A DNA stretch of 64,000 nt from Asterionella formosa (Eukaryota): assembly GCA_002256025.1 (NCBI GenBank), contig NKIB01012750.1, positions 1 to 64,000 of the forward strand. The letters run 5' to 3'. The first letter of the stretch is position 1. Each line of letters starts with the position of its first letter. The translations under genes and the position numbers were made by a program. Of the stretch, positions 22,701 through 34,728 are shown piece after piece. The notes under the pieces were generated by a model, which was not told the DNA's origin, did not search any database, and was given only the letters and a program-made list of their open reading frames with translations.

Positions 22701-23612
22701 GAATCCAAATTTTTGCAGTAAAAATGCCATGGTGGGTGAATATCCAAATGGATCAATCGACCAGCCAAACTTTGGAACATACTGTGACCCAAACGTCTCC
22801 CTAATCCAATCAAGACCTTCTTCTAGCTGTACTTGCATGGCATATAGTTGCGTGTTGGCTTCATCTGTTTGTACCCATCCTCCAGTCACAAATTCCAATT
22901 GTTTCCGTTGTAGCAATTGCTTGACTTGTTCTTGTACTTCAGACGATTGTTCCCGGTACCACCATTCAAAGTAGGATATTTCTGCCCAAATGAATGTCCG
23001 CTTTGGATTCTTTAACAAGGATTGAATGACGGTGGTAAGAATTTCTTTCGTTTGTTGTTGAAAGTACTGATCAAACGTTTTGAGCCATCCTGGATCACAG
23101 TGAGAATGCGGAATGACGTAAATAGTCATGGGTTCGTCTTTTGAATATGACTTAGGTAATACATCATATCCTTGTTTCCAAACTCCTCCGTCTGGATTGT
23201 CGAAGGGCAGCTGTCGATTCAACTGACGCATGTCAACAATTTGAGTCTCAGATTTGCTCAAAACTGGTGGCGGTGCCGCTACTTCGGCTTCCATGGGTTG
23301 ATGGACTGGAATTTCCTCCCTCGTGGTTAAGGCAGTACTCCATGATGTCGAACTTGGTCCTCCATGGAAAAGAGTTGTATGTTTAAAAAGGATCAAGGGA
23401 ACTAGAAACCAAACGGATACACCAATCAATAGCAACGCAATGAAAATGGTTTGCTGATGATTACGATGTCGCCTTGAGCGGTTCTTGTTGTCAGGGGCAC
23501 CTCGTTGTCTCCTCCACGTCGTCGTCGTAGCAGCTGTAGTGATGGGCACAAAACCAGAACGGCGCTGATTCAGAGAACTTGACGAGGAATGATGATGCGA
23601 AGAAGCCTTCAT
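19677..23612 (-). CDS. Golgi alpha-mannosidase II (GH38) fused to a C-terminal GnT-II/MGAT2-like (GT16) domain; exons 23612-22621 and 22527-19677
   Basis: Type II TM. GH38 motifs VIPHSHCDPGW, WSIDPFG, LGDDFRY and QHHDGVTGT. A 93-bp GT-AG intron gives FMWR|QTWD (1280 aa spliced). The C-terminus has LIFSHD, KHHFTW, FMEEDY, FCVVDDYNWDWSL, HIGLEGMH and NGGWGHPKD. Confidence 0.92.
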
Positions 23613-23954
23613 GATGGTGGATGAAAGAAGTGCTTTAAAAGAAATATCGTAAGCGTGCTGACGAAGTCAGTTTCGGTTCTTGTCATTACCGGTATGTGAC
23701 AGAAAATATGTGATGCTATTATTAATGCGCGCCCTTCGAAATTAAAAAATATTATTGCATGATGTACTATAATATATTCCAGTATATAACATAAATTGTT
23801 GTACTCATAATCCAAAAATTTGTGTTTGTGTTAACCAAATTTGGTAGGAGTACCAGGTACCAGGTACCAGGTTCCAGTACCAGGGTAACTCTGGTTCTCA
23901 CCTCAAGTCCGCTGCAACCTGCTCATGTAGTCTGGGGCAGCAGCTTACAATCAA

Positions 23955-24626
23955 TGATATCATGTCATTGTTGGACAGTGTTCTGCCCCATCTACCAATT
24001 GGATCACATGAGTGGGAATGTGCAGCATCTAAACATAATGAAAATTTTCCAGACAAGGAACAAACTGGAACGTCAATTTGGCAAAAGTTTGTACAACTAA
24101 ATAAAGTAAAAAATCAACTGGTGACCCAACATGTCCTGCTGAGATCTGATATGCTAAGCAAGTATTCCAAAAAATAGAGGAAAGAGCAGATGCTACTCAT
24201 GAATTTGATTCTACAGACCTTGGGATAGAAGATGGTGACAATGTTCATGATGAATTCATGGTACTACTTGAGGACAGTCAAGAAGCGTTTCAAATGTCAG
24301 AAACGTATGCTGCAATTTCTTCTGATTCCATTGGAGCAACTCCTGCTGTTTCCGCTGGAGCAACTTTTGCTATATCTGCTAGTGCAAGATTTCCTTGTCC
24401 TATGGTACCTTCTTGGCTCAGGCATAAACCTGTGTCGAACAATCTCAACAAAATATTGGCTCTAGTTTCAACACAATTGCTTCAAAAATTCGACAAGAAC
24501 GATAATAATCAGTTGCAGTTGCAGTTACAGTTACAGTTACAGTTACAGAAACAGAAACAGAAACAGCAAAAGGAACAGCCTGATGAACATGATGATGATG
24601 TCAATCATATTGACCGACACTGGTGA
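23955..24626 (+). pseudogene. Decayed Myb/SANT-like ORF of the LPIG..EW / TGDPxCP type, possibly transposon-associated
   Basis: LLDSVLPHLPIGSHEW...SIWQKFVQL, then a frameshift to STGDPTCPAEI*YAK; low-complexity (CAGTTA/CAGAAA)n tail at ~24510-24568. Confidence 0.5.
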
Positions 24627-24714
24627 AATTATGAAACTCATATATATAATGAACAAGTGGAGGCATAACACACAGAGGATGCATCGCAATGAAAATTTAA
24701 CTGTTATAAATTAT

Positions 24715-24945
24715 AGTTAAACGATGACAATTTGCAGAATAAGTCTCTCAACACGACTCGGATTTGCTGACTGATGAAGAAACCTGTTCAGCAAACCGTC
24801 GTCTAGCTTCAGAATACAAATAGGAATCATCTCTTTCTATGTATAGAACTTGCTGAAAATGACTAGAATTTGGATGCTGACAACAACCAAAATTTGCTGA
24901 CAATGATTAGAGTCGCTATGCTGACAACAACTAGAAATTGTGGAA
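24715..24945 (-). repeat. Dispersed repeat family with TCAGCAAA subrepeats (copy 1, inverted)
   Basis: The reverse complement matches 48715-48935 and 39645-39850, including GTTTGCTGAACA...TTCATCAGTCAGCAAATC and CAGAGACT..TTCTG. Confidence 0.8.
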
Positions 24946-25902
24946 ATGAATGGATTTTCTGAATGACACTTATGTGTTGGCACTGAGATTGCTATCATAT
25001 TGATACCCTCGTGTCACTTGTTTTCTTGTACAAGCCTTTTGGGAGATGTTTTGAAACGTTGCAATGGCTGTCAGGCAGGGAAACCAAAAACCTGACCTTG
25101 TGGGAAGTAGTCGACACATTCTCAATTACGGACCTCACCACCCCTCCCATATTCGAGGCGGAATCAATCTCTTCTGGTTGTTTTTTCATTGAAAAGCTTG
25201 TAAATATGTCCAAATCAGCAACGATGTCATCGAGAGTAGCGAGTGTATCTTGCTCATGTATCAGTTGCACTGTGTGATATCTTGATTCTCGTGCCACTCA
25301 CTTGTGTTGTGATGGTGAAAAGATCTTCTGGGAATAAACCAGGGAGTAGACTTTGTGCAAATTCAATGAGGCTATATCAGAGGTATTTAAACAAAGACAA
25401 GCTTCCTGAGATTCCTGCCAGTCAATATTAAAGTGTCCTTCTTCCTGCCATGAGAAACAACAGCCGAAAATACATGGTTGTTCTCATTGTCTTGTAGATT
25501 TTTTAAGACCTCCAAGACTGTGATAACGTCGTTTTTAGAGTGCTCCAGACTTTTATAGTGCATGATGGATGTTGGGGATTTAGGATTCCTTAAGCTCATT
25601 TCGAGTAAGTTGTTTGTAAAGGTTTGTTGCCTTCGAATAAATGCACTTGTCAAGTCTGGAGAACTTTTGATGGTGGACATAAAAAATCACATGTGGGGTC
25701 TTGTCTGATCTCGGTTAGTGTTCTCCAACCCATATATTTTCATTATAAGCTGTTGAAATTTCTTTGTAATTGTCTACTTTACATTGCAACAAAAATACTA
25801 AAATACTCATTGTCATGTGTTACAAACATCTTAGACCTGCTTGCCTTGACTAGTTTATTTCGGTATAAATCCGTAGATAGAGTGACTATTTTACTGATTC
25901 GG

Positions 25903-26048
25903 CCATACCAATTTGGATGTGCGTAACAATTTTGAGATACCAATTTGGGGATACCATCTTGGTAACTCTAATTTGGATCTACCAATTCTTGATACCAATT
26001 TGGCAGCAGTACCAATTTGTTGATAGCAGTTTGGAGATACCAATTGTG
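25903..26048. repeat. Cluster of imperfect TACCAATTTGG subrepeats
   Basis: About nine variants of [GA]TACCAATTTGG at 12-20 bp spacing. Confidence 0.7.
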
Positions 26049-26999
26049 ACAATAATGGTGATGTCACTTTATAAAACCTTCATGAAGAAATCTAAGCTCC
26101 AGAAGTTTGAGAGGCTTGATACAAATGTGGGTCCAAATTGGTGCAAACACTACTAATTGAGGAAAATTCGCCTCGATTTGTATTCCAAATTGGAATCAGA
26201 AGCTTCAAGCTGGTCAAACACCCATTCCCCCTATTTCAGCTTTCCAAATTGGGTATTTTTCGGCTCCTGCTGCGTAGCAAATGTAGACTGTATTTTATTT
26301 TGTCATTTGAGAAATTATCAAGAGCGATTAGTAGGTTCTTGCTTTGCTAATGACTTTCATGTAGTTATAGAAATGAAGTCACAGGCCCCTTCTGTTGGCC
26401 AGGTTTGATGCAAATGAAGTCTAGAAATGAAAGTAGCCACCAGTAGTCACCAGGGGTATCAGGGTGCTGGTACCAGGGACTGGCTGCATGCATATCATAA
26501 ATCAACAAAACTTACTACCTGGTTGCCTAGGCAAGTAGACCTATTCTTGTTACAAAGAATGAAGTTATAAAGCTGTAAAGGCAAAGCAACAGTAATCCTA
26601 GGCGGGGACAGAACAAGAACAACATTAGTTATGCAGATAGATAATATCAGCATACTTTTATAGCATATTTTTTGTACATTCATCCATGGAGTGTAATGAG
26701 GCAAGTGGCAACTTAGTTCCTGTCCTGAACCTGCTCAGCTCACTTTACAGTTTTCGAATCACTCACATCGATAATCGCTGTTCAAGCTTAGTCCCTAAAC
26801 CATCCCAACTGTACGGACTAGATTTTGCACAGCCTAGGTCTATCTAGAGTTAACAAAAGTAGTGCATCCATACAACATAATTAGAGTTGTGTTAGTAAAA
26901 ATTAAGGTCGTTGTCAGTTTTGTTCGCCGAGTTCAATAGGGCCCATGATGAGAAGGAAAGAGTTGTGCATTATTATAATGAGTGAGACTTGATGAGTAT

Positions 27000-27723
27000 T
27001 TATTCATCCTCATCTCCTCCTGCCGCAGCTCGGCTTGCCGCACGCTTCTTGGCCACACGCCCAGGGGCACCCTGGCCATACGGAGAGTTGGTCGAAAAGT
27101 CAATGTGCTTCTCACTGGCCGTCCTGACATTGAACGAAGGAGTGTTAACCAATTGACTTCCAACACGAATATGGCGCTGACGAATCAACACACGGGCATG
27201 GTGGATGGACTTGGCCAACCCTTGCTTGTACACCTTGGTCTGAAGACGTCGTTCCAACAGTTTCTGAGTAGTCAACTGGAGAACGAAATCCAATTCAAGC
27301 TCGTCATCTGCCAAAAGTCCGTATCTGAACATTCTGCGCAACAAGGCGGCTCCTTCAAAGACTCGCTTTGGGTCCTTAGGATCTAGCGTCAACAAGGTGC
27401 GAGCCGCCTTTCGGAGCTTTGCAAGAGCGTATTGAACCCGCCAGATTTCACGCTTGCATCTGAGACCATACTCTCCAACAAGCTTGAGTTCCGCGTCAAG
27501 GCGTTCCTTTTCATAAGGACGACGGGGGGTCTTGAATGTCTTGCGGTCTGAATGTTAAGTAAGGAGGTAAGTGAGTTTGGTTATTTATTTAGTTTAAAAC
27601 GAATCAAAGTGACGTCAACCGGCGAAACACGCAGGAGGACGATGGCGAAAAGCACCATGAGGACTTGAGCGTCGTTTGATGAACAAAACACTCACAGTTA
27701 CGGTGCTGCGCGTTGGTAGGCAT
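27000..27723 (-). CDS. RPS9: 40S ribosomal protein S9 (uS4); exons 27723-27696 and 27547-27000
   Basis: [47 protein letters not shown]...LERRLQT...[22 protein letters not shown] intron 27695-27548; 191 aa. Confidence 0.97.
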
Positions 27724-28375
27724 CTTGAATTATTAGCTATTGAATTGACGAGAGAGAGAACGAACGAAGGAGATCAAAGGATCGTTAATGGCAGGACAAA
27801 CGGGTAGAGCAAGTAGAGTGATTAATCTCGCAGGACTATAATGCTTCGATATGACTGCGCTTGCTTGATCCATGCCCTTGTTTTGTGCATGCCGGTTGAG
27901 GGAGAATTTGCTTGTTTAGTATACTTTCTACGAGGGTCTACGGCGCAGCCGAGGGCAAGCCAAGTAAGAAGTAAATTGAATGTATGTTTGTCCGTGTGTA
28001 TAGGTTCAGTTCCAAGCTGAAATGTCTGCCTACCGGTAGGTACTTTGCGATTGATGAAGTGAGGCAGGCAGTTTATATACAGGTGAAAGCAAATACATAT
28101 CATTCATACATGAATATATATGTATTGAAAACAAATATTAAACCTTGAATATACCAGGACAGAACTCCGAGTACCAGTTCTACCAGGTTACCAGGTACCG
28201 GTGCTGTACTACACATCTAGTACTGGTATTCCTTTTGTGCCTGTTTTGGAAATAAATCGTGCAGCCTCCGTTTTTGTGCACATACTCAAATTTCAGTGAC
28301 ATTAATTGCCTCTTCCGTTCCTATTCAGTTGCTCTCGTTGCCCCTATCTCCTTACAAACACAACCACACAGCATT

Positions 28376-29245
28376 ATGGGAAACAAAGTGTCTCTGGAGG
28401 AAGAACTCATCAATATGAGAATAGTGTCGAAGCAAATGATTCGATCCTCCAAAAAGTGTGAAAAGAATGAAAAAGCTGCCAAGGACAAGTTGAAGAAGGT
28501 ACGGTTGGTCAAATTATCCACACAACACAAATGGGAGAGACTAATCGGCATGGAATCTTTAGTTATTACGATTTACCAGGGTGCTATTGTTCAAGGATGC
28601 ATATGTTTGTAACCACTAGCAAGATGTACCCAGAGCGACGCAAGCGCATGTCGAGTCGTGCCGATGCCTACCTTGCAATTCTATTATGTAGACTTGACCG
28701 CATGGTGTCTCACCTTGTTGATATAACTTCGAAATTCACAGGCCATTCAGCAAGGAAATACTGAAGGAGCTCGTATTTATGCCCAAGATGCCATACGAGA
28801 AAAAAATCAAGCCATTTCTCATTTGCGCATGGCATCTCGTATTGATGCTTGTTCCAGTCGCATCGAAACTGCGGTTCGTATGAATCAAGTTACTGCAAGT
28901 ATGAAGGGAGTTGTCAGGGGTATGGACAAATCGTTGGCTGCCATGGACATTAATCAGATATCACAACTCATGGACAAATTTGAACAACAATTTGAAGATT
29001 TGGATGTCAAGACACAGTATATGGAAGGGAGTATGAATGCCACGACTTCTTCCAGTACCCCAGCGGAACAAGTAGATGAATTGATTCAAATTACAGCTGA
29101 TCAGAATAATTTACAATTGGGAGATGCCTTTACTCAAGCAGGACCGATTGCGAAGAAGACGCCAGCATTGGTTGTGCCATCAGCCAAGCATGACAATCCA
29201 GTTGCAGATAGCTTGGAAGCCAGATTGGCTAATTTGAGAAATTAA
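28376..29245 (+). CDS. CHMP1: ESCRT-III CHMP1/Did2/Vps46; exons 28376-28498 and 28742-29245
   Basis: KKCEKNEKAAKDKLKK|AIQQGNTEGARIYAQDAIREKNQ...MDKFEQQFEDLDV; C-terminal MIM1-like LEARLANLR; GT-AG intron 28499-28741. Confidence 0.95.
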
Positions 29246-29467
29246 ATTATAAATGTGCCATGAATTACCTTGACTATTTGTAGTATGTGCCTCACTTATA
29301 ATGAGCTGCAAATCAAGGCATAGTACCACTAGTCTAGATAGCTTGGAAGACAGGTTGGCTAATTTGAGAAACTAAATGATAAATGTGCCATGAATTACCT
29401 TGACTATTTATTTCATGTACCTCACTAATAATTAGCTGTAAATCAAGGCACAGTACACACTGGTCTA
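29206..29467. repeat. Tandem duplication (130 bp period) of the last CHMP1 codons, stop and 3' flank
   Basis: AGATAGCTTGGAAG...GCTAATTTGAGAAA.TAA...AAATCAAGGCA starts at 29206 and at 29336. Confidence 0.92.
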
Positions 29468-30537
29468 CCTGGAACCGTGTAGTGTTCACATAATACTACT
29501 GCTCTAAACACAGCAAAAAATACAGCTATAGTACTTGGAATTTTTGTGTACAAAGTCTTGGATAGGCGTTGATACAACAACTAGACTGAATCTATGTCCC
29601 AAAGTTCATAGCAGTTGATTTCCACATGAGTAGCAAGTGCCGAATAGCAGTAGAGATCAACAAAAAATTTAACTCCAGAAAAAAATAAAGGTGTGGCACT
29701 GATAAAAATGGCAATATCCCAACTATGTACAATTGTTATCTGTACACGAAGAGAATCAAATAAATACCTCCATAGAGAAGGAATGCAACATAGTATAGCC
29801 CCATTTGGAATAGCGATGATGTGCAATTTTGAGTGAACTACAACCTGCCTGCACACACCTATTTCTACTGAATCGAGGACATAAAGAATGCGTAACTCCA
29901 GATTAAAAAGGAAATCGAGTGTGTAGAATTTATGTGGAGCAATTGAATGAGTTTGCAAACAAGACAGGTCTACGAAAGCAAAGAATCTCATTATTTCAGT
30001 AATTAAATACCAGAGGCAATCTGGCTACCAAGTGGTGGTGGACTCTGATGATAATCCCACCCAGGTTTATTACTAGTTAGTAACTACAGTCGATAAACTA
30101 AAAGACCACTATATTTCCCCATTATGGGGCTAAAATTAGAAATCTGTTGAGCCAACCCTGATTAAAATCTTTTCGAGTACTAGGTCAACTAATGCATGTT
30201 ATCAGATTCTTTCTGGCTAGGCTGGATTCAGTCTGGTTTTTCAATCCCTTGCCCCTATGTAGCTCAATTCACCGGCCGGATGTTTCAAGTTAATCTTAAT
30301 CTATAGAGCTGTAGCTTTCTGGAGGCATGTATGGCAATAAGCTTCTAGGTTGAAAATATTCAGATACAGCCATGAGAAGTCTGCCTGCCGAAATCATCTC
30401 AAAAATATTTTTTGTACAGGATGGCGTGAAAACGAAAATTGACAATAGGGAAAGTTTCCGTCGTTTCATGCCTTTCCAAGTACATTCAACCATCACTGGG
30501 GGTAAAAAATGATCTTGCGAATATCACGAAGGGTAAT

Positions 30538-30647
30538 AGATTGAAAAGAATGATAATTCTGCAGAGAGAAATGAAGAAAATCAGAGGTAAAGAGATTGAA
30601 AAGAATGATAATTCTGCAGAGAGAGATGAAGAAAATCAGAGGTAAAG
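30538..30647. repeat. Near-perfect 55-bp tandem duplication
   Basis: AGATTGAAAAGAATGATAATTCTGCAGAGAGARATGAAGAAAATCAGAGGTAAAG at 30538 and 30593. Confidence 0.9.
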
Positions 30648-31429
30648 AGGGTGGATGATGCTGATCAAGCATGACAAATTTATTACAATCATAAGGAATT
30701 ATTGTACTAACACTAATATCGACAACGAAAATTGAAGTCATCAATGACACGGTTTTTTCAGAAAGGCACAATTCTTTAAACCGTGATGGTTCGAATAGAT
30801 TTGAAACTTTTACATTAGTTGCACAACAAACAAAACAATGACAAGAGGATGAATTGAAGCAACATATGTGAAATAAGTTATTCATTAACTGATAATTCAA
30901 TTATTAGGATCGACAATTTGTGTAGTCATAGATGCACCAGCAGGTATGATAGGCTCCGACAAGAAATGTGAAGCATGTCAAAACGTTCATGTGCAGCAGC
31001 CCTGCCTTCAAGCTAAGGTTTCTCTTCTTGATTTCATTATACCATTTTACTAAACATATGTTCATGATGCCACACGTTCCACCATCATGTTCCCCCAACT
31101 TTCAAGTAAACAAATGATCAGATAATGAGCCAAAGTACATTTCTTTAGCTGGTCCATTATCCTACCAAGAAATTTAAAAACAGGAAGCTAATAGAAGCAA
31201 TACATATCATAATTAAATATACATCGTTCAAAGGGTTACTATTTAATTCACGATAGTATTTATCATATTTATTAGATTATATATTTTAAAAAATTATGAT
31301 CTGATGATCAAAATCCTATGATGCATCATGGGATTATGATGGTTTTTATTTGCAGATGTTATTTATATTGTCAATCACATAATTATTTTCAAACTCACCA
31401 TTTTGATTATTCCATTTGTTCTTTCCCTT

Positions 31430-33371
31430 GCTTGTTCGTTTTCTTTGCCTCAAATTTCGTCCAATAGTTTTCATTGTAGTCGTCGATCGATTGTTGTGTT
31501 GTGTTATCTTGGTGTAGTTGCCCGACTTCCATCACTGTTTGCTTGATGATCGGCTTACTTTCGACATGATACATTGTGCCGAGTTTTCGAGTATTGTCTC
31601 TTTGACAGATCAGGAAACCGCTCTTGTTTCATATCATCATCCTATTTTCTTCAAATATCACTTGATTGCCCTTGTCGATCATTCTAGAAAACGCTGATGA
31701 TGTTCTGCTTGAACTCCGGTGTATAAAGCACATCAGTGAGTTTCAAAAGCGTTTTCCTTCGTTTGTAGTCGTCAGAGACAGTGGATACTATCTCAGTTCC
31801 ATTCCCTTCCACGACTATTTCACTTACTTTTTTTGTCTTCCATCAAGCGCATGTCCGGGCAGACGTGGACTGTAGCAACGCTGTCTAACAACCAGTGATT
31901 TCTTGAAGTCACAAGCGAGGTTGACCTCCTCGTTGTAACTCAATTCAACGCGCATGGTGACAAACATTCCTTGCTGGGTAGTAGCTGTAGTCGTGTTGTT
32001 CTCTTCGTTTTTATTATTTTTAGATGCACTGTTACTAGTGCACTCACTTACGTAGTATCCCATGCGTTGGCACTTGAAACACTTGATGGTTTTACTTATT
32101 CCTTTCTACTCAGGAGTGAGCTCTTTCTTGTCGGCACTATTGCCCTTGCTGCGATAGTCAGCTGCCTTGTGGCCATACTTGCCACAACTTTTCGACAGTC
32201 GCCTTTGAACTTCCCTTTTGTGTAGAATGCCTGTTCGCTATTTTTCTTGTAAGTCGCTTTGAAGTCATCCCGGACATATAGTAGATCGTAGATTCCCCAA
32301 ATATCTGTCTGAATCTCCTCAACTGTTAGCGTGTTGCGCGCCAGGCCAAACCTTTCTAGCTACTACCAAACTCTTGTACTAGCTTTCCAGTAGTAGGTTG
32401 TTGATCATGTGTGCCACATAGACACCACTCGAAATGGCGGAGCTTGTGTTGCCCAATCGTTCCCGGATACGATCCAACTCCACAGCATACAGGCTGTTGG
32501 GGTTCTCATTTTTCCCAAGAGTGCACTTTGGCTATTCTTGGTGGGACAAGGCAATGACATTTGCCATGCATGTTGCCTGACTCAAATGTAGAAATGAGCT
32601 TATCCTATGCTTTGTTAGCATTTCCATTAGGAAACTCTGCACTTCTTGCATTACTGATGTGTCCAAATGGCCCGCTCTGGCATGCCGTTATCAAACTTGC
32701 ATAGGCAACCATTTTTTCCTTCAGATGCACTTCTTGTCAGCATCCTACAGCACAATTGCATCCTTCCTATTTAGGTATTTCTCTCCTCGTGATAGTTTGT
32801 CACTATTGAGTATTGCTTGAAAGTTTTTATAGCATGTGTATATGAAAAAATTTGCTTTCCATGTGTGCCATTTGGCATCTTGGCCATTAAATGTCAGCAA
32901 CCTTGTCACAGATGTGTCTTTGTCACTTCCCATCATTCCTGAGTAGCCTGTATCCTCAAGGCATCACTTTAAAGTGTATTTAAAGGTCAAATACTCCTTC
33001 CCATCTGACAGGTATCCTCTTACGTAGGTTGTACCTGTTGTACTACTACTAATAGTGATCTTATTTTTTGCTGCTGGCCTTAGTGCTAGTTTTCGCTATT
33101 GACCTTTCTGTCGATTCTCACTGTTTCTTAATTATTATTTTTAACTAAAAACTAATTTCCATCCCATTCATAACACTTTCAGAACCTGCTCTTTGTTTTC
33201 TCTTTTTGCTGATGCATACCTTCTTCTGATTGATCTAAAACATCAATCTCATTAGCAATCTTCTTGTCATGCGAACGCACCATTTTTCTCATTGGACTAA
33301 TTTCGAGTCCACAGTCCTTGTGACTCGTGATGGCAGACAGTGATGCTATGGTACGAGGTATATTCTTAACA
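31430..33371 (-). mobile_element. Truncated, decayed Ty1/copia retrotransposon: 5' LTR (33371-32977), gag and protease relic
   Basis: The LTR matches solo LTR 9878-10259. Gag start FNGQDAKWHTWKANF (ATG 32936); zinc-knuckle relic FKGDCRK/CGKYGHKAAD at ~32160-32215; protease relic WLLDSVATVHVCP at ~31855-31895. Stops and frameshifts present; no RT recognised; left boundary approximate. Confidence 0.8.
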
Positions 33372-33839
33372 TGGACCCTGGTTGATATACGGACAGCAGG
33401 TGGATCAGTGACAAAGTCAAGTCGTACGTATGTCAACATCCCACCGTCATCAGTCGAAGCCGGTTTACGCGTATTTTGTCATGTATGCAAATCTACGTAT
33501 GTAGATATGATATCTACGTGAGCGAAGGGCGCTCATCGTACTCTGCCTAAAAACATGTCGGCGGCTGGCTGATGGCGGCTGATTGCAATCATCTTGACTG
33601 CTCGCTTCCTGATGATTGTTGCTTTCTTCCTTCTGACATAATTGGTTTGGTTGCTGTTCTGGTTGCAAAAACAATTACCTCTTCATCGTCACGAGAGAGG
33701 CAGATAGAAACAACCGCTGCCATTGTAAGAAGCGATTGGGAAAGGAAAAGCGCGTGTCATCAAAAGTCTCGCGAAGAATCAAAATTATCTTCAAACTCAT
33801 CTGCTCCAATATATACATACAGAGAATCAACAACAATAT

Positions 33840-34223
33840 ATGATGCTACAGAGAATTCTTTCATTCTTTTTATTGTGGGGATTGGCCACGGAAATCGTTG
33901 CCTTTCATCCCCTGTCACCTAAACCACCAACGGTTCTTCCTTCTGTGGCGTTAGTATCTCGACAGGACTTTTTTCGGAACACTTTTGCTGCTGCTGTATT
34001 GGTAGTTCCATTAACTGCTTCTGCCAAGGATTCGGATGCTTCCACGAAAGGTACCAAAGCAGACCCAGCTTTTCAAGCATGCATATCCACTTGCATGTAC
34101 GAATGTACTAAACCAAAGGCAGACGAACAAAAGACTCGTCAAGAATGCTTGCCAGAATGCAAGGCTAAATGTGCAACTACCAAGGCACAACTCATGGTTG
34201 GAACACCAACGTTGTCCAAATGA
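33840..34223 (+). CDS. Small Cys-rich protein with bipartite plastid and probable thylakoid-lumen targeting
   Basis: Signal peptide ending IVA|F, transit region, SRQDFF plus hydrophobic stretch ending ASA; the mature part has two Cx3Cx3C motifs. Confidence 0.75.
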   Translation: MMLQRILSFFLLWGLATEIVAFHPLSPKPPTVLPSVALVSRQDFFRNTFAAAVLVVPLTASAKDSDASTKGTKADPAFQACISTCMYECTKPKADEQKTRQECLPECKAKCATTKAQLMVGTPTLSK

Positions 34224-34652
34224 GAAATATATTAAAGAACGTTCAGATTTATTTATGCAATCAAGAATTCCATGAAACATTCAACGAAACGTAACCACCC
34301 ATTACATATCCCACAACTATTGACCAAGGACTGCTATAACTTTACTTAATTGGGCGATATTACCATTTCTGTATTTAAATTTTTTTGCATTGGACTGGCT
34401 AATGTGACACCGCAAGTATAGAATCGAGAAGGTCAGTATGGCTGCAGGTTTGCGGATGTGGCAAAGTGCTCCAAAGAGCTAGACACACCTAGAACAATGG
34501 TCTGAGGGGCGATCGTAACAGAGATTAAAAAATTTAAAATCCGGGTCGTATGTTGCTTCCAGCAACACATTTTTTGTTGCTCCGAAATGTGTATCTGTGT
34601 GTATCACTGCAGATACAGTGTTCTTGAAATTTATGGCACTTCGTCCTAACAT

Positions 34653-34718
34653 ACTCCAGTACTGCCCTGGAATGACTGGTCAAGATCTTTCTCTTGCCCC
34701 TTGTTTTGCATATTACTC
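34653..34718 (+). repeat. ~65-bp dispersed repeat (second copy ~38774-38840)
   Basis: TACTGCCCTGGAATGACTGGTCAAGATCTTTCT...CTTGTTTTGCATATTA occurs twice. Confidence 0.85.
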
Positions 34719-34728
34719 CAAGTCGTGT

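Noticed and set aside
24763..24796. Minimal hammerhead ribozyme (stem-CTGATGA-A-GAAAC-stem)
   Set aside because: No stem II or proper NUH site, and the GAAA is absent in the homologous copies at ~39780 and ~48860.
27548..27695. Intronic snoRNA in RPS9
   Set aside because: No C/D box pair or H/ACA structure visible.
29640..29950. Possible Merlin/ISXO2 transposase relic (VEI..RKK, HT..IE, EFMW)
   Set aside because: Too degenerate, with many stops and no clear catalytic residues or TIRs.
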